This document shows, piece after piece, positions 37,793-48,553 of a stretch of DNA of 64,000 nucleotides. The position numbers were made by a program, and so were the translations under genes. Source of the DNA: Cyanobacteria bacterium OH_CDB_20 (lineage in GTDB: Bacteria; Cyanobacteriota; Vampirovibrionia; Gastranaerophilales; Gastranaerophilaceae); contig JAEZIX010000062.1 in the NCBI GenBank assembly GCA_023415935.1, forward strand, positions 15,105-79,104, read 5' to 3'. A model generated the notes under the pieces. The model saw only the letters and a program-made list of their open reading frames with translations, was not told the DNA's origin and did no database searches. Position 1 is the first letter of the stretch; every line of letters starts with the position of its first letter.

Positions 37793-38662
37793 TTACTTAG
37801 TAATAACATAATTCTTAGGAATAATAAATAGCCCGTCAAAGTGAATTTGGTTATTAATAAATTGTACATTTTTTATTTTTGAAATACCTCTTGTACTCTT
37901 TGAAACAGCAACTTCTGTAGTAAACGGATTCAAATAGTTCACAAGTGACATAATTTTGCTTAAATCTATCTTGTTGTTTGGTGAGCCAACCTGCACATCA
38001 GAAAATACAATCTTTGAATTTTCAACTTTCAAAGAAGCTAAAATATCAATAGTTGAGGTATTTGTTGTAAATAAAAACGGAGTTACCACTTTGTAAGACA
38101 TTTTAATTTTATTATTTTCGATTTTAGCAGACGGGTCATAAATTTTGAATAATACTTTATTTGCAATTGAAACAGTCATTTTATTCAACATATTAAGATA
38201 TTCTTGAGAAACAACCATTGCTTGAAGATCTGAACTGGTAATTTTTCCGCTGTATTTCAAAACAAAATTTTCAGGAAACAATAAGTCATTATCTTTTATA
38301 ACAACTCTATTGTAACTGCATAAAGACTCAACTTTAATATCAGAAGCTCTTACACCACTATAATTAATTGATTTAGTATTAGCTGTCATTGACTTAAACT
38401 TGCCGTCCATCAAATTTTTACCGCCAAATGCTTTTATTTCTACATTAAAGTTTGATCCAGTTTCTTTTTTAAGTTCGCTTTGCATTGCAGTTTCAGCAAT
38501 TTTTGTAAACAGAAAATTCATACCTGTTATGTTAGAAACGATATGTGCAACACTTCCGCCAACAGGATAAGGCGGTTTAGCGCAATAATATTCGCACTCA
38601 GAAGCGAAAGACTGCATTTGAACAATGCAAAACATAGCTATTACTGATAATAATTTTTTCAT
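37793..38662 (-). CDS. secreted hypothetical protein (possibly DUF2993/LmeA-like)
   Basis: Signal peptide MKKLLSVIAMFCIVQMQSFA. The family assignment is a weak by-eye impression only. Confidence 0.4.
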   Translation of the reverse strand: MKKLLSVIAMFCIVQMQSFASECEYYCAKPPYPVGGSVAHIVSNITGMNFLFTKIAETAMQSELKKETGSNFNVEIKAFGGKNLMDGKFKSMTANTKSINYSGVRASDIKVESLCSYNRVVIKDNDLLFPENFVLKYSGKITSSDLQAMVVSQEYLNMLNKMTVSIANKVLFKIYDPSAKIENNKIKMSYKVVTPFLFTTNTSTIDILASLKVENSKIVFSDVQVGSPNNKIDLSKIMSLVNYLNPFTTEVAVSKSTRGISKIKNVQFINNQIHFDGLFIIPKNYVITK

Positions 38663-39519
38663 ACAAGTACCTTACTAATCTTAATTATGTTACCTTCTAC
38701 TAAACCAATAGCGACCAGAGTATTAATATGTTTTAAAAGCAAAATTCCATCGTTGTAATCGCCGTTATTTAGTAATGAATTGCCGTGTTTCACTTTTTCA
38801 AGCTCATCATCTGTCAGCAATTTTTGATTATATGATAAGACATCAACAGGATTAATCAACCATTTTTTTACATCCTCTGGAGACTCAATGTCGTCAAGTG
38901 ATACAGAATTTTCTTTTATAAAGTTGGAAGATAAGACTCTTTCAAGCCCAGTCATAACAGCCCCTGCTACAAGCTTTTGTCCAAGGTCATGGATTATTGT
39001 CCTTATGTAAGTGCCTTTTGAGCATTTAATATAAAGCGAAGCCATTTGACTCTCATCATCAAAATCAATTAATTTTATTTCCTCAACAAATACTTCTCGT
39101 TTAGGAATATCATCAGGTATAATACCTTCTCTGGCAAGCTCATATAATCTTTTTCCGTTATAGTGAACTGCACTGTATGCCGGTGGAATCTGTTCAATTT
39201 TACCTAAAAAATCTGTTAACGAGGTTTCGATTTGCTCTCTCGTTACTTTTGAAGTTGAAAAACTTTCAACCTTTCCTTCAATATCATAAGTATCTGATAT
39301 TTTTCCAAACTCAAGTGAAGCAATATAAGCTTTTTCATCAGACAAATACTCGATTAACCTTGTTGCTTTACCAATTGCAATTGGAAGCACACCAGTTGCA
39401 AGGGGGTCTAAAGTACCTGAATGTCCTATCTGTTTAATCTTTATTTTTTTTCTCAAGACAGCAACAACGTCGTGGGAAGTCATTCCCATTGGTTTATAAA
39501 CATTTAAAAACCCAAACAT
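38659..39519 (-). CDS. truB: tRNA pseudouridine(55) synthase TruB
   Basis: GHSGTLDPLATGVL catalytic motif. Position after rbfA fits. Confidence 0.93.
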   Translation of the reverse strand: MFGFLNVYKPMGMTSHDVVAVLRKKIKIKQIGHSGTLDPLATGVLPIAIGKATRLIEYLSDEKAYIASLEFGKISDTYDIEGKVESFSTSKVTREQIETSLTDFLGKIEQIPPAYSAVHYNGKRLYELAREGIIPDDIPKREVFVEEIKLIDFDDESQMASLYIKCSKGTYIRTIIHDLGQKLVAGAVMTGLERVLSSNFIKENSVSLDDIESPEDVKKWLINPVDVLSYNQKLLTDDELEKVKHGNSLLNNGDYNDGILLLKHINTLVAIGLVEGNIIKISKVLV

Positions 39520-39524
39520 TTAAA

Positions 39525-39887
39525 CTAAACTTCGCCTCTTGAAATTTTATTGATTAAATCGGTAACTTTTGTACCTCTTTCGATAGAATCATCAAGAATG
39601 AATTTTAGCTCTGGAGTAAGTCTTAGTCTTATTCTTTTTCCAAGCTCATATCTTATCTGAGGTGCATGTTCTTCAAGAGCTTTTATAGTAAGAGCCTTGC
39701 TCTCATCTGAAGTCGCAAATACAGAAAAATAAACTTTTGCATAAGAATTGTCATGTGCAAGTTCAATATCAATAATTGACACAACACCTGTTATTCTTGA
39801 ATCTCTGACAGATTTTTGTAAAATATCAGAAATTTCTTTCATTAAAGTTTTTCTAACGCGTTCGTTTCTTAAAGACATTTGACCCAA
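39525..39887 (-). CDS. rbfA: ribosome-binding factor A
   Basis: Size, KH-like sequence pattern and the conserved infB-rbfA-truB context. Confidence 0.88.
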   Translation of the reverse strand: MGQMSLRNERVRKTLMKEISDILQKSVRDSRITGVVSIIDIELAHDNSYAKVYFSVFATSDESKALTIKALEEHAPQIRYELGKRIRLRLTPELKFILDDSIERGTKVTDLINKISRGEV

Positions 39888-39888
39888 C

Positions 39889-42675
39889 CTATACTAGAAC
39901 CTGACGTTCAACTTCTTCTGTTGTAGAAACTTCGATAATATCGCCTTCTCTAATATCATTAAATTTAGCAAACGATATACCACACTCAAAGCCTTGAGCT
40001 ACTTCTTTTGCGTCATCTTTAAATCTCTTAAGTTGGTCGATTAGACCTCTAAATACTTCGACACCATCTCTGATAACAACTGCATCTTTATTTCTGATGA
40101 TTTTACCTTCAAGAACATAACAACCAGCAATTTTAGAAGTTTTGCCGACTGTAAACACTTGTCTTACTTCAGCTTTGCCAAGAGTAACAAGTTTAATCTC
40201 AGGTTGAAGCAGGTTCAACATTGTTTGTTCTAAATCTTCAAGTACTTGATAAATTATATTGTATTTTTTAATTACAACTTTTTCTTTTTCAGCAGCAAGT
40301 TGTGCATTTAAGTCTTCTTTAACCGTAAAGCCAAGTATAATAGCATTACTTGCACTTGCAAGCATAACATCTGCTTCAGAAATATCACCGACACCAACGT
40401 GTACAAGTTTTGTTTGAATTTCTTTTGACTCAAGTTGAGATACAGCTTGAGATACAGCTTCAGCCGCACCGTTTGTATTTGCTTTAATAATTAGATTCAA
40501 GTTTTTAATTTCATTTTCACCAGAGCCTACGACTTCATTTCTAACATGGGCAGGCATCATAGCTTCTAAGCGTGTATTTCTTTCTTTTTCTTTTCTCAAA
40601 GTTGCAAGAGCTTTCATAGCTTTTTCGTTATCAACAACTTCAAATTTTTCGCCAGCTTGAGGAACTTCAGTTAACCCTAAAATCTCAACAGGAGTAGAAG
40701 GTGATGCTTTTTTGACTCTTTCACCTGAGTCAGAAAGCAATGCTCTTACTTTACCAGAAACACTACCAACAACTACGCAATCTCCATTTTTCAAAGTACC
40801 GTTTTGAACAAGTAATGTTGCAACAGGACCTTTTCCTTTATCAAGATTTGCCTCGATAACAACGCCTGACGCTGGAGCCGAAGGATTAGCTCTAAGATTT
40901 AGCATCTCTGCCATAATCAATATATATTCAAGAAGTTCATCAATTCCTAATCCTTGAAGTGCGCTAACTTTTACACAAACAGTTTCACCACCCCATTCTT
41001 CAGGAACAAGACCGTGCTCAGTAAGTTGTTGCATAATTTTATCAGGGTTTGCACCTGCTTTATCGATTTTATTAACAGCAACTATGATAGGAACCTCAGC
41101 AGCTTTTGCGTGATTAATAGCTTCAATAGTTTGAGGCATTATACCGTCATCTGCAGCTACAACAAGAATAGCAATATCTGTTGACTTCGCACCACGGGCT
41201 CTCATTTCAGTAAAAGCTTCGTGACCCGGGGTATCAATAAATACAATCTTTTTATTATTCAAATTAACTGTATAAGCACCAATTGACTGAGTTATGCCAC
41301 CAACTTCTGATGAAACAATTTTATGTTTTGATGCTCTGATTGAATCAAGCAAAGTTGTTTTACCATGGTCAACGTGACCCATAATGCTTATTACCGGCGC
41401 TCTAGACTTGAGTAACTTTTCATCAAGTTTAGAAAGTTCTTTTTGTTTTTCTTCTTTTGCTAACTCTTCTTCTAAGAACGCTTCCAAATCTTCTTCCATT
41501 ACAGAAATATCAAACGATTCACAAACTTTCTTTTGAGTTGCAATGTCTATAACTTGGTTTACAGTAGCCAAAATACCTTGCAACATAAGAAATTTTACAA
41601 TCTCAGCAGGTGATTTGTTGATTTTATCTGCAAGTTCACCAACTGTTGCAACTTGGTTAATAATTACTTCTGTAATTTCTCTATTTTCTTCTTCTTGTCT
41701 TGATCTTTTTTTATGTTTACCAGCTATTGCTTTTTCTAAACTGATTAACTCTTGTTGTTCTTCTTTTGTCTTATAGACGGGTTTATCTTTAGCTTTTGGA
41801 CCTTTGTGTCTGTTTTGAGAAGGTTTTTGATCATATATTTCTTGAGAAATTATGTGTCTTTTAACAGGTTGTTGAGTTTTTTGACCATCTGGACGTTGGA
41901 AAGGCTTTTGATCGCCTCTTTGTTGAGAGCCTTGTTCCGGTCTTTGCCCAGGTCTTTGAAATGGTCTATCTCCTGGTCTTTGATCTTGTCTTTGGAAAGG
42001 TCTTTCGCCTGGTCGTTGATCAGATCTTTGATCCGGTCTTTGCCCTGGTCTTTGTGGATATCTTTGATCAGAACGATTTTGAAAAGGTCTTTCGCCTGAT
42101 CTATCATTTGGTCTATCACCAGGTCTACCTTGAGAATCAGGGCGTCTGCGGAATTCTTGTCTTTGACCTTGACCTTGTCCTTGGCCTTGCTGAGTATTTC
42201 TTCTATCTTCAGAAGGTCTTTCATCACGCTTTTGAGGATTATAAGGAGGTCTTCTATCCGCTCTTGCCTTTGCTTCAACTTCACGTCGCATCTGGTTAGT
42301 GCGATTATTATATTCTAAAAGAGAACGAATTTCTGTGTTAGCAGGTGCTTTTTGAGCACTTTCTGTTTTTACATCTTGTTTTGGAGCTTCTTCTTTAACA
42401 GATTGTTCAACAACTTGAGGTTTTTCTTCTTTTACTTCAACCTCAACTGGTTTTGCTTTTTTGACTATAAACGCTTTTGGTTTCTTAAGAGAGGCAGCAT
42501 CTGAAGAATCCCCTTTAATGAGCTTTTTGAACTTTTCTATTTGTGAACTTGACAAAACACTCGAATGAGATTTCACCTTCAAATCAAGCTTTTGTTCAAG
42601 CATATCCATAAGATCTTTATTAGATAAGCCAAACTCCTTTGCTACTTCGTATACTCTCTTATTATCAACCGTCAT
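39889..42675 (-). CDS. infB: translation initiation factor IF-2
   Basis: GHVDHGKTTLLD, DTPGH and NKID G-domain motifs. The N-terminal region is variable. Confidence 0.97.
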   Translation of the reverse strand: MTVDNKRVYEVAKEFGLSNKDLMDMLEQKLDLKVKSHSSVLSSSQIEKFKKLIKGDSSDAASLKKPKAFIVKKAKPVEVEVKEEKPQVVEQSVKEEAPKQDVKTESAQKAPANTEIRSLLEYNNRTNQMRREVEAKARADRRPPYNPQKRDERPSEDRRNTQQGQGQGQGQRQEFRRRPDSQGRPGDRPNDRSGERPFQNRSDQRYPQRPGQRPDQRSDQRPGERPFQRQDQRPGDRPFQRPGQRPEQGSQQRGDQKPFQRPDGQKTQQPVKRHIISQEIYDQKPSQNRHKGPKAKDKPVYKTKEEQQELISLEKAIAGKHKKRSRQEEENREITEVIINQVATVGELADKINKSPAEIVKFLMLQGILATVNQVIDIATQKKVCESFDISVMEEDLEAFLEEELAKEEKQKELSKLDEKLLKSRAPVISIMGHVDHGKTTLLDSIRASKHKIVSSEVGGITQSIGAYTVNLNNKKIVFIDTPGHEAFTEMRARGAKSTDIAILVVAADDGIMPQTIEAINHAKAAEVPIIVAVNKIDKAGANPDKIMQQLTEHGLVPEEWGGETVCVKVSALQGLGIDELLEYILIMAEMLNLRANPSAPASGVVIEANLDKGKGPVATLLVQNGTLKNGDCVVVGSVSGKVRALLSDSGERVKKASPSTPVEILGLTEVPQAGEKFEVVDNEKAMKALATLRKEKERNTRLEAMMPAHVRNEVVGSGENEIKNLNLIIKANTNGAAEAVSQAVSQLESKEIQTKLVHVGVGDISEADVMLASASNAIILGFTVKEDLNAQLAAEKEKVVIKKYNIIYQVLEDLEQTMLNLLQPEIKLVTLGKAEVRQVFTVGKTSKIAGCYVLEGKIIRNKDAVVIRDGVEVFRGLIDQLKRFKDDAKEVAQGFECGISFAKFNDIREGDIIEVSTTEEVERQVLV
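41881..42258 (-). repeat. in-frame degenerate tandem repeats encoding (Q/D)RPG(E/D)RPFQ-type units in the IF-2 N-terminal linker
   Basis: Protein residues around 140-265 read GQGQGQGQ then RPGDRPNDRSGERPFQ...QRPGQRPDQRSDQRPGERPFQRQDQRPGDRPFQRPGQRPEQ. Confidence 0.85.
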
Positions 42676-42723
42676 TATTTATATTTATCTCCAAAACTTA
42701 TTATATTATAGTTGTAACACAAT

Positions 42724-42990
42724 TTATTTTCCAAGTACAGTACTGATTTTTTCCTTAGTATCTTGAGAAATATTACCCTTGATAAATTTTGCAATTTTCA
42801 TTTTCTTAAGAGCTTCATCGATACAGGCTTTATCAGAACAAATATATACGGAACGCCCATATACTTTGGAAGATGGGCAAGCGACAATTTCACCTGACTT
42901 GGAATCTTTTGTAATTTTAATCATCTCATCTTTTGTTTTAAAAGCTGAACAAGATATACATTTACGCAAAAATTTATCTTTTCTAGGCAT
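42724..42990 (-). CDS. ylxR: YlxR family (DUF448) RNA-binding protein
   Basis: PRKDKFLRKCISC N-terminus. Lies directly upstream of infB. The start was chosen at M7 of the track ORF. Confidence 0.8.
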   Translation of the reverse strand: MPRKDKFLRKCISCSAFKTKDEMIKITKDSKSGEIVACPSSKVYGRSVYICSDKACIDEALKKMKIAKFIKGNISQDTKEKISTVLGK

Positions 42991-44149
42991 AAAACACCGC
43001 CTCTTCAAATGTTTTTTGAATAAGTGATGAATTTTTTATCCCAATTTCATCTAGGATATCAACTATCTCTAAAAGTGCGGTATTTAAACTTGAAGCTTTT
43101 GCTGAAAACACAGTATTCTCAACATCTTTTGCAAAAATCACATCTTCCGGCAGATTAGCATCTTTAATAGAAACTGCGGCCACTTCTTCACTGTATAGTT
43201 CTATTTCATTATAATCATCTGCAAGAGAACCCATTGTTGATGCATAAAGATAGTCGTACAAATTACCTTGGATTATAGGCAGAATAACTTGCATATGGAA
43301 TTTTTTGAAACCACAGTTAAAGTCTATAACTTCGAAACTATCTTGCGCAACATATAATTCAACCCCAATAATACCAGCATAACCGCCTGAATGAGCTGAC
43401 ATTTCATCAAGAAGAGGATAAATGACTGTCGTCATAAGTTTAGAAATCATTTTTTGAGAGACTTTTGATGTTGAAAAATAAACTTTATCAATTCCTTGAT
43501 CATTGAGTTTTTGACTGTGCACATTAAGTTCTTCAACTCCTCCAACAGGAAAAGCAGTATATCCATCTGTTAGAAAATACTGCATGACTTTTTTGCACGG
43601 CAAATAATTTTCCACAACAATTTTAGCATCAGGTATTTCAAAGAGCTCTGTTACTGCTGCCTTTGCTTGAGAAAATGTATAGCAATATTTTTCTTCTAAA
43701 GCATTATTTTTTAAATCATTCTTTATTATAAGCGGGTATTTTGATTTTCTAACATAGTCAACTGCCATATTTTCTTTATCAAAAATAGCAAATTTTGGAG
43801 TTTTAACCTTATTTTTATATAAAAATTTCTTGGTAATAGAGCTTGACAAAGTATACTTTGCAGCTTCGACAGTAGGCGCAAATATTGGAATACCATCTCG
43901 TTTAAAAACATCTGCTATCGATTTTTTAACAGCGATATTACCTGTACATACTGTAAGATTTATCTCATTTGCAAGTGCAAAATCTAAAAGTTCTTGAGTA
44001 TCGCTTTCTGCAATATCAATAGAAGTCGCAAAATCAGAAATATATTTATTTCCTGGGGCAACAAAAATAAGATTATCGCTATTATCTTCACTAAATTTTT
44101 TAGCTAAAGAATACGCATTTATATCTGAACCTATAATCAAAATTCTCAT
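42983..44149 (-). CDS. PurD-like ATP-grasp protein with degenerate catalytic motifs
   Basis: PurD-like scaffold is present (MRILIIGS, VAPGN, LLDFA, IFAPT, IIKND, VIDFNC). The GGREHA, GLAAGKGV, GPNTGGMG and RFGDPE motifs are substituted. Confidence 0.55.
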   Translation of the reverse strand: MRILIIGSDINAYSLAKKFSEDNSDNLIFVAPGNKYISDFATSIDIAESDTQELLDFALANEINLTVCTGNIAVKKSIADVFKRDGIPIFAPTVEAAKYTLSSSITKKFLYKNKVKTPKFAIFDKENMAVDYVRKSKYPLIIKNDLKNNALEEKYCYTFSQAKAAVTELFEIPDAKIVVENYLPCKKVMQYFLTDGYTAFPVGGVEELNVHSQKLNDQGIDKVYFSTSKVSQKMISKLMTTVIYPLLDEMSAHSGGYAGIIGVELYVAQDSFEVIDFNCGFKKFHMQVILPIIQGNLYDYLYASTMGSLADDYNEIELYSEEVAAVSIKDANLPEDVIFAKDVENTVFSAKASSLNTALLEIVDILDEIGIKNSSLIQKTFEEAVFYA

Positions 44150-44191
44150 AGGAAAATTATACAATAGAAGTAAAATAGAATAAAGAAGCCT

Positions 44192-44560
44192 CTATGTAAT
44201 GTCTGGCCTAAGTTTCTGAGCACCTTTTAAATATACATGCCTGATTTCTTTTTGAGATTTTTCTGTATTTACGACAATCAAAACTCTCAAACACATTTTT
44301 AGCGAATTATCGACAGAAAGCTCTTGAAAACAAACAAGAGGAACGTCATTCCAGCCAAGGTTTTCACGTGCATATTTTGCAGGATAAGCAGCATTCAAAT
44401 CATCAGTCATTGTGAAAATAACATGGGAGATATCTTCTGAGTAAATAAAATTTGTCTGAAGCATTTTATCCAAAAGTTCAACCGTTGCCTCTGAAATCGC
44501 TTCACAGGTGTTACTATCAACTGTAATAGCTCCTCTTATTCCTCTAGACTGCATTCGCAC
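44192..44560 (-). CDS. aroH: chorismate mutase, AroH class
   Basis: RGIRGAITV N-terminal signature and a size of about 120 aa. Confidence 0.85.
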   Translation of the reverse strand: MRMQSRGIRGAITVDSNTCEAISEATVELLDKMLQTNFIYSEDISHVIFTMTDDLNAAYPAKYARENLGWNDVPLVCFQELSVDNSLKMCLRVLIVVNTEKSQKEIRHVYLKGAQKLRPDIT

Positions 44561-45510
44561 TCCTCACATTCAAATCTATCGCCAAGTTTTATTTTTGCGC
44601 CGTTTGACCAGTCATAAGCTGACATTTCACCTTTTGATTCAGGCTTTACTTTAGTTATCAAAATACAAGCACCGCCTGCTCTTACGGTTACTCCATTCTT
44701 GGAAATTTCGACAACTTCGCCATCTACATAGTCTTCGCAGTTAATGTCACTCAAAATACGGGATTCTAATACTTTTACAACTTTCCCATTGAACTTTGTG
44801 CAAGCACAAGGCCAATCAACCATACATCTAATATGGTTGTGGATGTCGCAGGCATTTTTATTCCAATCTAAAAATGCATCTTGTTTGTCAAATTTATTTG
44901 CAAAGGTAACTTCAGATTCATCCTGAGGATACGGAACAACAGCTCCTGAAGCAAGTCCTTTTAGAGTTCTATAAAGCAAAAATGGCGATTTATCAGATAT
45001 AATTTCTTCCAAATCTTTATTGGTCATATTCTCTGTAATCGGAATTTTTTCCTGAAGGCAAATATTTCCACTATCAAGTGCAAGCGCTGTAATCATAGTA
45101 GTTATACCTGTTTCTTTATCTCCATTTTGCAAAGCGCGCTGAATAGGGTTTGCACCGCGATATTTAGGCAAAAGTGAAGCGTGAAGATTAACAGTTGCAT
45201 ATTTTGGAATATCTAACACTTCTTGAGACAATATTTGCCCGAATGCAAAAGTAATAAAAAAATCAGGCTCAAGTTTTTTGAGTGTTTCAATAAGATCTTT
45301 ATCTTTTCTTATTGAAGGCGTTTGATAAACGTCTATACCATTTGTCATTGCACAAGTTTTAACAGGAGGTGCCATAAGTTTTTTCCCCCTGCCAGAAGGT
45401 CTATCCGGCTGAGTAACAACTGCCATAATATGAATATCTGCAAAGTTGAGAAGCTTCATAATACTATTTACAGCAATTTGAGGCGTTCCCATAAAAACTA
45501 CTTTAAGCAT
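44536..45510 (-). CDS. fmt: methionyl-tRNA formyltransferase
   Basis: VVTQPDRPSGRGKK and NLHASLLPKYRGANPIQ motifs, following def. Confidence 0.93.
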   Translation of the reverse strand: MLKVVFMGTPQIAVNSIMKLLNFADIHIMAVVTQPDRPSGRGKKLMAPPVKTCAMTNGIDVYQTPSIRKDKDLIETLKKLEPDFFITFAFGQILSQEVLDIPKYATVNLHASLLPKYRGANPIQRALQNGDKETGITTMITALALDSGNICLQEKIPITENMTNKDLEEIISDKSPFLLYRTLKGLASGAVVPYPQDESEVTFANKFDKQDAFLDWNKNACDIHNHIRCMVDWPCACTKFNGKVVKVLESRILSDINCEDYVDGEVVEISKNGVTVRAGGACILITKVKPESKGEMSAYDWSNGAKIKLGDRFECEECECSLEE

Positions 45511-46096
45511 TTGGCTTATCTACCTCATTTTTTTGTGCAATTAATAATTCTAAGTCACATTCTTCTAACAAAAATTCTGTATCAATAGGAGGAAGCCCCT
45601 TATCAGTAAGGACTTTATCCGCGTCAAATCTGTTGCGAGCGTGATCTACAAAAAGAATGCCATCCAAATGATCATTTTCGTGCTGAATTGCCTTTGTTAA
45701 AAGTTTATCTTTTTCAGCATTAACTTCAATCACAAAAGGTCTGCCTTTTGCATCAAGTGCCTTAACCATAATGTGGCTGTATCTTCTTACATTAGTATAT
45801 GCCTCTGGAAAACTCAAACAGCCTTCATAACTATCCATAGCACCTGATTTTTTAATAATCTTAGGATTTACAAAAACCATTGGTCTATATGCTTCTTTGC
45901 CGGTTGAAGTATCTATAACAAATACCCTTAAGTTTTCACCAATTTGTGGAGCAGCAAGCCCAACACCGTTGGTAGCATACATAGTATCAAACAAATCATC
46001 TATCAATATTTGTACTTTTTTAGATATTTTATGAACTTCTTTTGACTTTTCTCTTAATGAAGGAGTGCCGTATTTTATAATCTTTCTTATTGACAT
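45503..46096 (-). CDS. def: peptide deformylase
   Basis: GVGLAAPQIG, EGCLSFP and HENDHLDG motifs. Confidence 0.95.
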   Translation of the reverse strand: MSIRKIIKYGTPSLREKSKEVHKISKKVQILIDDLFDTMYATNGVGLAAPQIGENLRVFVIDTSTGKEAYRPMVFVNPKIIKKSGAMDSYEGCLSFPEAYTNVRRYSHIMVKALDAKGRPFVIEVNAEKDKLLTKAIQHENDHLDGILFVDHARNRFDADKVLTDKGLPPIDTEFLLEECDLELLIAQKNEVDKPNA

Positions 46097-46106
46097 CTTG
46101 CACCGC

Positions 46107-47150
46107 CTATTTCTTTGCCATTAGATTTAAAATAAGCATTACAACTGATATTCCGACAGCATACAAGAAATATTTTACCAAAGAAGAACTTACTAAAAAC
46201 GTTGCCAAAGCTCCAGCCATAAGAGCCATAGAAGCAAGAATAAGCACTGTTTTATTTTGAGAAAGCCCCGCTTTTAAAAGTTTGTGGTGAATATGCTCTG
46301 CGTCAGCCACAAAAGGTGATGTACCTTTTGCTATTCTTCTTAGTGATGAGAAAGTTATATCTAAAACAGGAACAGCAAGAACGATAATCGGCACAATCAT
46401 AGTAAGAGTAGCCGTTTTCATAACGCCTGTTATAGAAAGCGTTGCAAGCATAAAACCTGCAAAAAGTGCTCCTGAATCACCCATAAATATCTTCGCCGGA
46501 TTGAAGTTATATGTAAGAAAAGCAAGCATAGACCCTGCCAAAATAAAAGCTATTAAAGCGCTTATTGTGTTTGGAGGAACCATTGCAACTGCAATTAGAC
46601 CTAATGTAACTGAGCCGATTGTAATTACAGACCCTGCAAGCCCGTCAATTCCGTCAATAAAGTTAACGGCGTTGCTTATTCCGACTATCCAACCCATAGT
46701 TAAAATATAAGATACAACTGGATTCAAAATTATTTGCGCCCCGAATGGATTAAACAAAGTCTCAATTCTTATACCTAAGAAAAAGACAATCGTTGCGATA
46801 CTTAGCTGAATTATTAATTTAAATTTTGCATTAAGCCCATAAATATCATCAATTAAACCTAATAAGAACATCAAAGAGCTTCCTAATAAAATACCTGATA
46901 ATAATGAACCATATGGATAATAGCTCAATACAATCAAGAAAAGAAAAGTAAGCATTGTACTCGTCCAAATAGCAATCCCGCCTAGCCTTGAAATAGGAAT
47001 TGAGTGGATTTTTCTTTCATTAGGCTTATCTACAAGTCCTTTTTTCTCAGAATAATAAATTACAAGGGGAACAATAAAAATCCCTAAAAGAAATGAAATT
47101 ATTGCTCCTATAATATGTGCCTCTGAAAGCTGTAAAAACGTAATGTTCAT
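46107..47150 (-). CDS. glycosyltransferase family 4 polyprenyl-phosphate sugar-1-phosphate transferase (WecA/MraY family)
   Basis: Ten or more TM helices, with NAVNFIDGIDGLAG and GDSGALFAGF motifs. Confidence 0.85.
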   Translation of the reverse strand: MNITFLQLSEAHIIGAIISFLLGIFIVPLVIYYSEKKGLVDKPNERKIHSIPISRLGGIAIWTSTMLTFLFLIVLSYYPYGSLLSGILLGSSLMFLLGLIDDIYGLNAKFKLIIQLSIATIVFFLGIRIETLFNPFGAQIILNPVVSYILTMGWIVGISNAVNFIDGIDGLAGSVITIGSVTLGLIAVAMVPPNTISALIAFILAGSMLAFLTYNFNPAKIFMGDSGALFAGFMLATLSITGVMKTATLTMIVPIIVLAVPVLDITFSSLRRIAKGTSPFVADAEHIHHKLLKAGLSQNKTVLILASMALMAGALATFLVSSSLVKYFLYAVGISVVMLILNLMAKK

Positions 47151-47160
47151 CTAATTGCTC

Positions 47161-48405
47161 CTACTCGTACAAAGGATATTTGTCACAAAGTTTTTGTGAA
47201 CGTTCCCTTAGGTTTTTAAGTGCAAGTTCATTATCACATGCAGTAACTGCAGATGCAATAATTTTTCCGACTTCAACCATATCTTCTTCTTTAAAACCTC
47301 TTGTTGTAACAGCAGCAGAACCAAGTCTTACACCGCTTGTAACAAATGGGCTTTGCGGATCATTAGGAACCGTATTCTTATTTGCAGTTATTCCAACTTT
47401 TTCAAGAGTGTTAGCAATATCTTTGCCTGTTTTATTGAATTTTCTTAAATCAAGCGTCATAAGGTGATTTTCAGTGCCACTTCCGACAATATCTAATCCC
47501 TCATCCATCAAGGCTTTTGCTAATGCTTTTGAATTTTTAACAACTTGTTCTGCATATGTTTTGAATTCAGGAGCCAATGCTTCTTTAAGCGCAATTGCTT
47601 TTCCTGCAATGATATGTTCTAAAGGTCCGCCTTGAATACCAGGGAATACTGCTTTATCAATTCCAAGAGCATGCTCTTCTTTGCACATGATTATGCCGCC
47701 TCTTGGCCCTCTTAGGGTTTTATGAGTTGTAGTTGTGACAAAATCAGCATATGGAGCAGGAGAAGGATGTACTCCCGTTGCAACAAGAGCAGCAATATGA
47801 GCGATATCCGCCATTAAAAGAGCCCCTACCATATCTGCAATTTCTTTAAAGCGTTTAAAATCAATTATCTTTGAATAGTTGCTAGCACCACAAATGATAA
47901 GTTTTGGCTTATGTTCTTTTGCAAGTTTTTCAACTTCTTCATAGTCGATTTCACCATTTTCATTGATTCCATATGAAACAATATTAAAATAAATTCCTGA
48001 AAAGTTAACAGGAGAACCGTGAGTAAGGTGTCCACCATTTGACAAATCCATACCCATAACAGTATCGCCGTGTTTTAAAGCATACAAGAAGACCGCCATA
48101 TTTGCTTGAGCTCCGCTATGAGGCTGAACATTTGCATGGTCAACTTTAAAAAGTTTTTTAGCTCTTTCTTGAGCAAGTTCTTCGATTTTATCAACATTTT
48201 CGCATCCGTTGTAAAATCTTTTATAAGGCTTACCTTCGGCATACTTATTTGTCAAAACACTTCCACAAGCAGCCATTACAGCTTTAGAAGTAAAATTTTC
48301 ACTTGCAATAAGCTCTATTGTGTTTTTTTGACGTTCAAGTTCTTTTTCAATAAGCTCTGCAACTTCTATATCCGTATTTTTTATAATATCAATTTCCATG
48401 CTCAA
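47161..48405 (-). CDS. glyA: serine hydroxymethyltransferase
   Basis: [17 protein letters not shown]-lysine motif; full-length similarity. Confidence 0.97.
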   Translation of the reverse strand: MSMEIDIIKNTDIEVAELIEKELERQKNTIELIASENFTSKAVMAACGSVLTNKYAEGKPYKRFYNGCENVDKIEELAQERAKKLFKVDHANVQPHSGAQANMAVFLYALKHGDTVMGMDLSNGGHLTHGSPVNFSGIYFNIVSYGINENGEIDYEEVEKLAKEHKPKLIICGASNYSKIIDFKRFKEIADMVGALLMADIAHIAALVATGVHPSPAPYADFVTTTTHKTLRGPRGGIIMCKEEHALGIDKAVFPGIQGGPLEHIIAGKAIALKEALAPEFKTYAEQVVKNSKALAKALMDEGLDIVGSGTENHLMTLDLRKFNKTGKDIANTLEKVGITANKNTVPNDPQSPFVTSGVRLGSAAVTTRGFKEEDMVEVGKIIASAVTACDNELALKNLRERSQKLCDKYPLYE

Positions 48406-48553
48406 TCTCCTCCTAGTCTCTTATTTATATTTTAATATCAAGTTTCAATAAAAGTAAATTTTTTAATAGTCTAAAAAGAATAACCTCCTAAACATTGATA
48501 TTTCAAAAATATTTCGTAAAATGAAATAGTAAGCAATTTCAAGGGCAAAGAGT

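Noticed and set aside
41752-42318. Cluster of 60-144-aa ORFs on both strands inside the infB N-terminal repeat region, looking like overlapping genes or a repeat array
   Set aside because: They are shadow frames of the in-frame QRPGxRPF-type tandem repeats of IF-2. The IF-2 reading frame is continuous and has strong homology, so this is neither CRISPR nor non-coding repeats.
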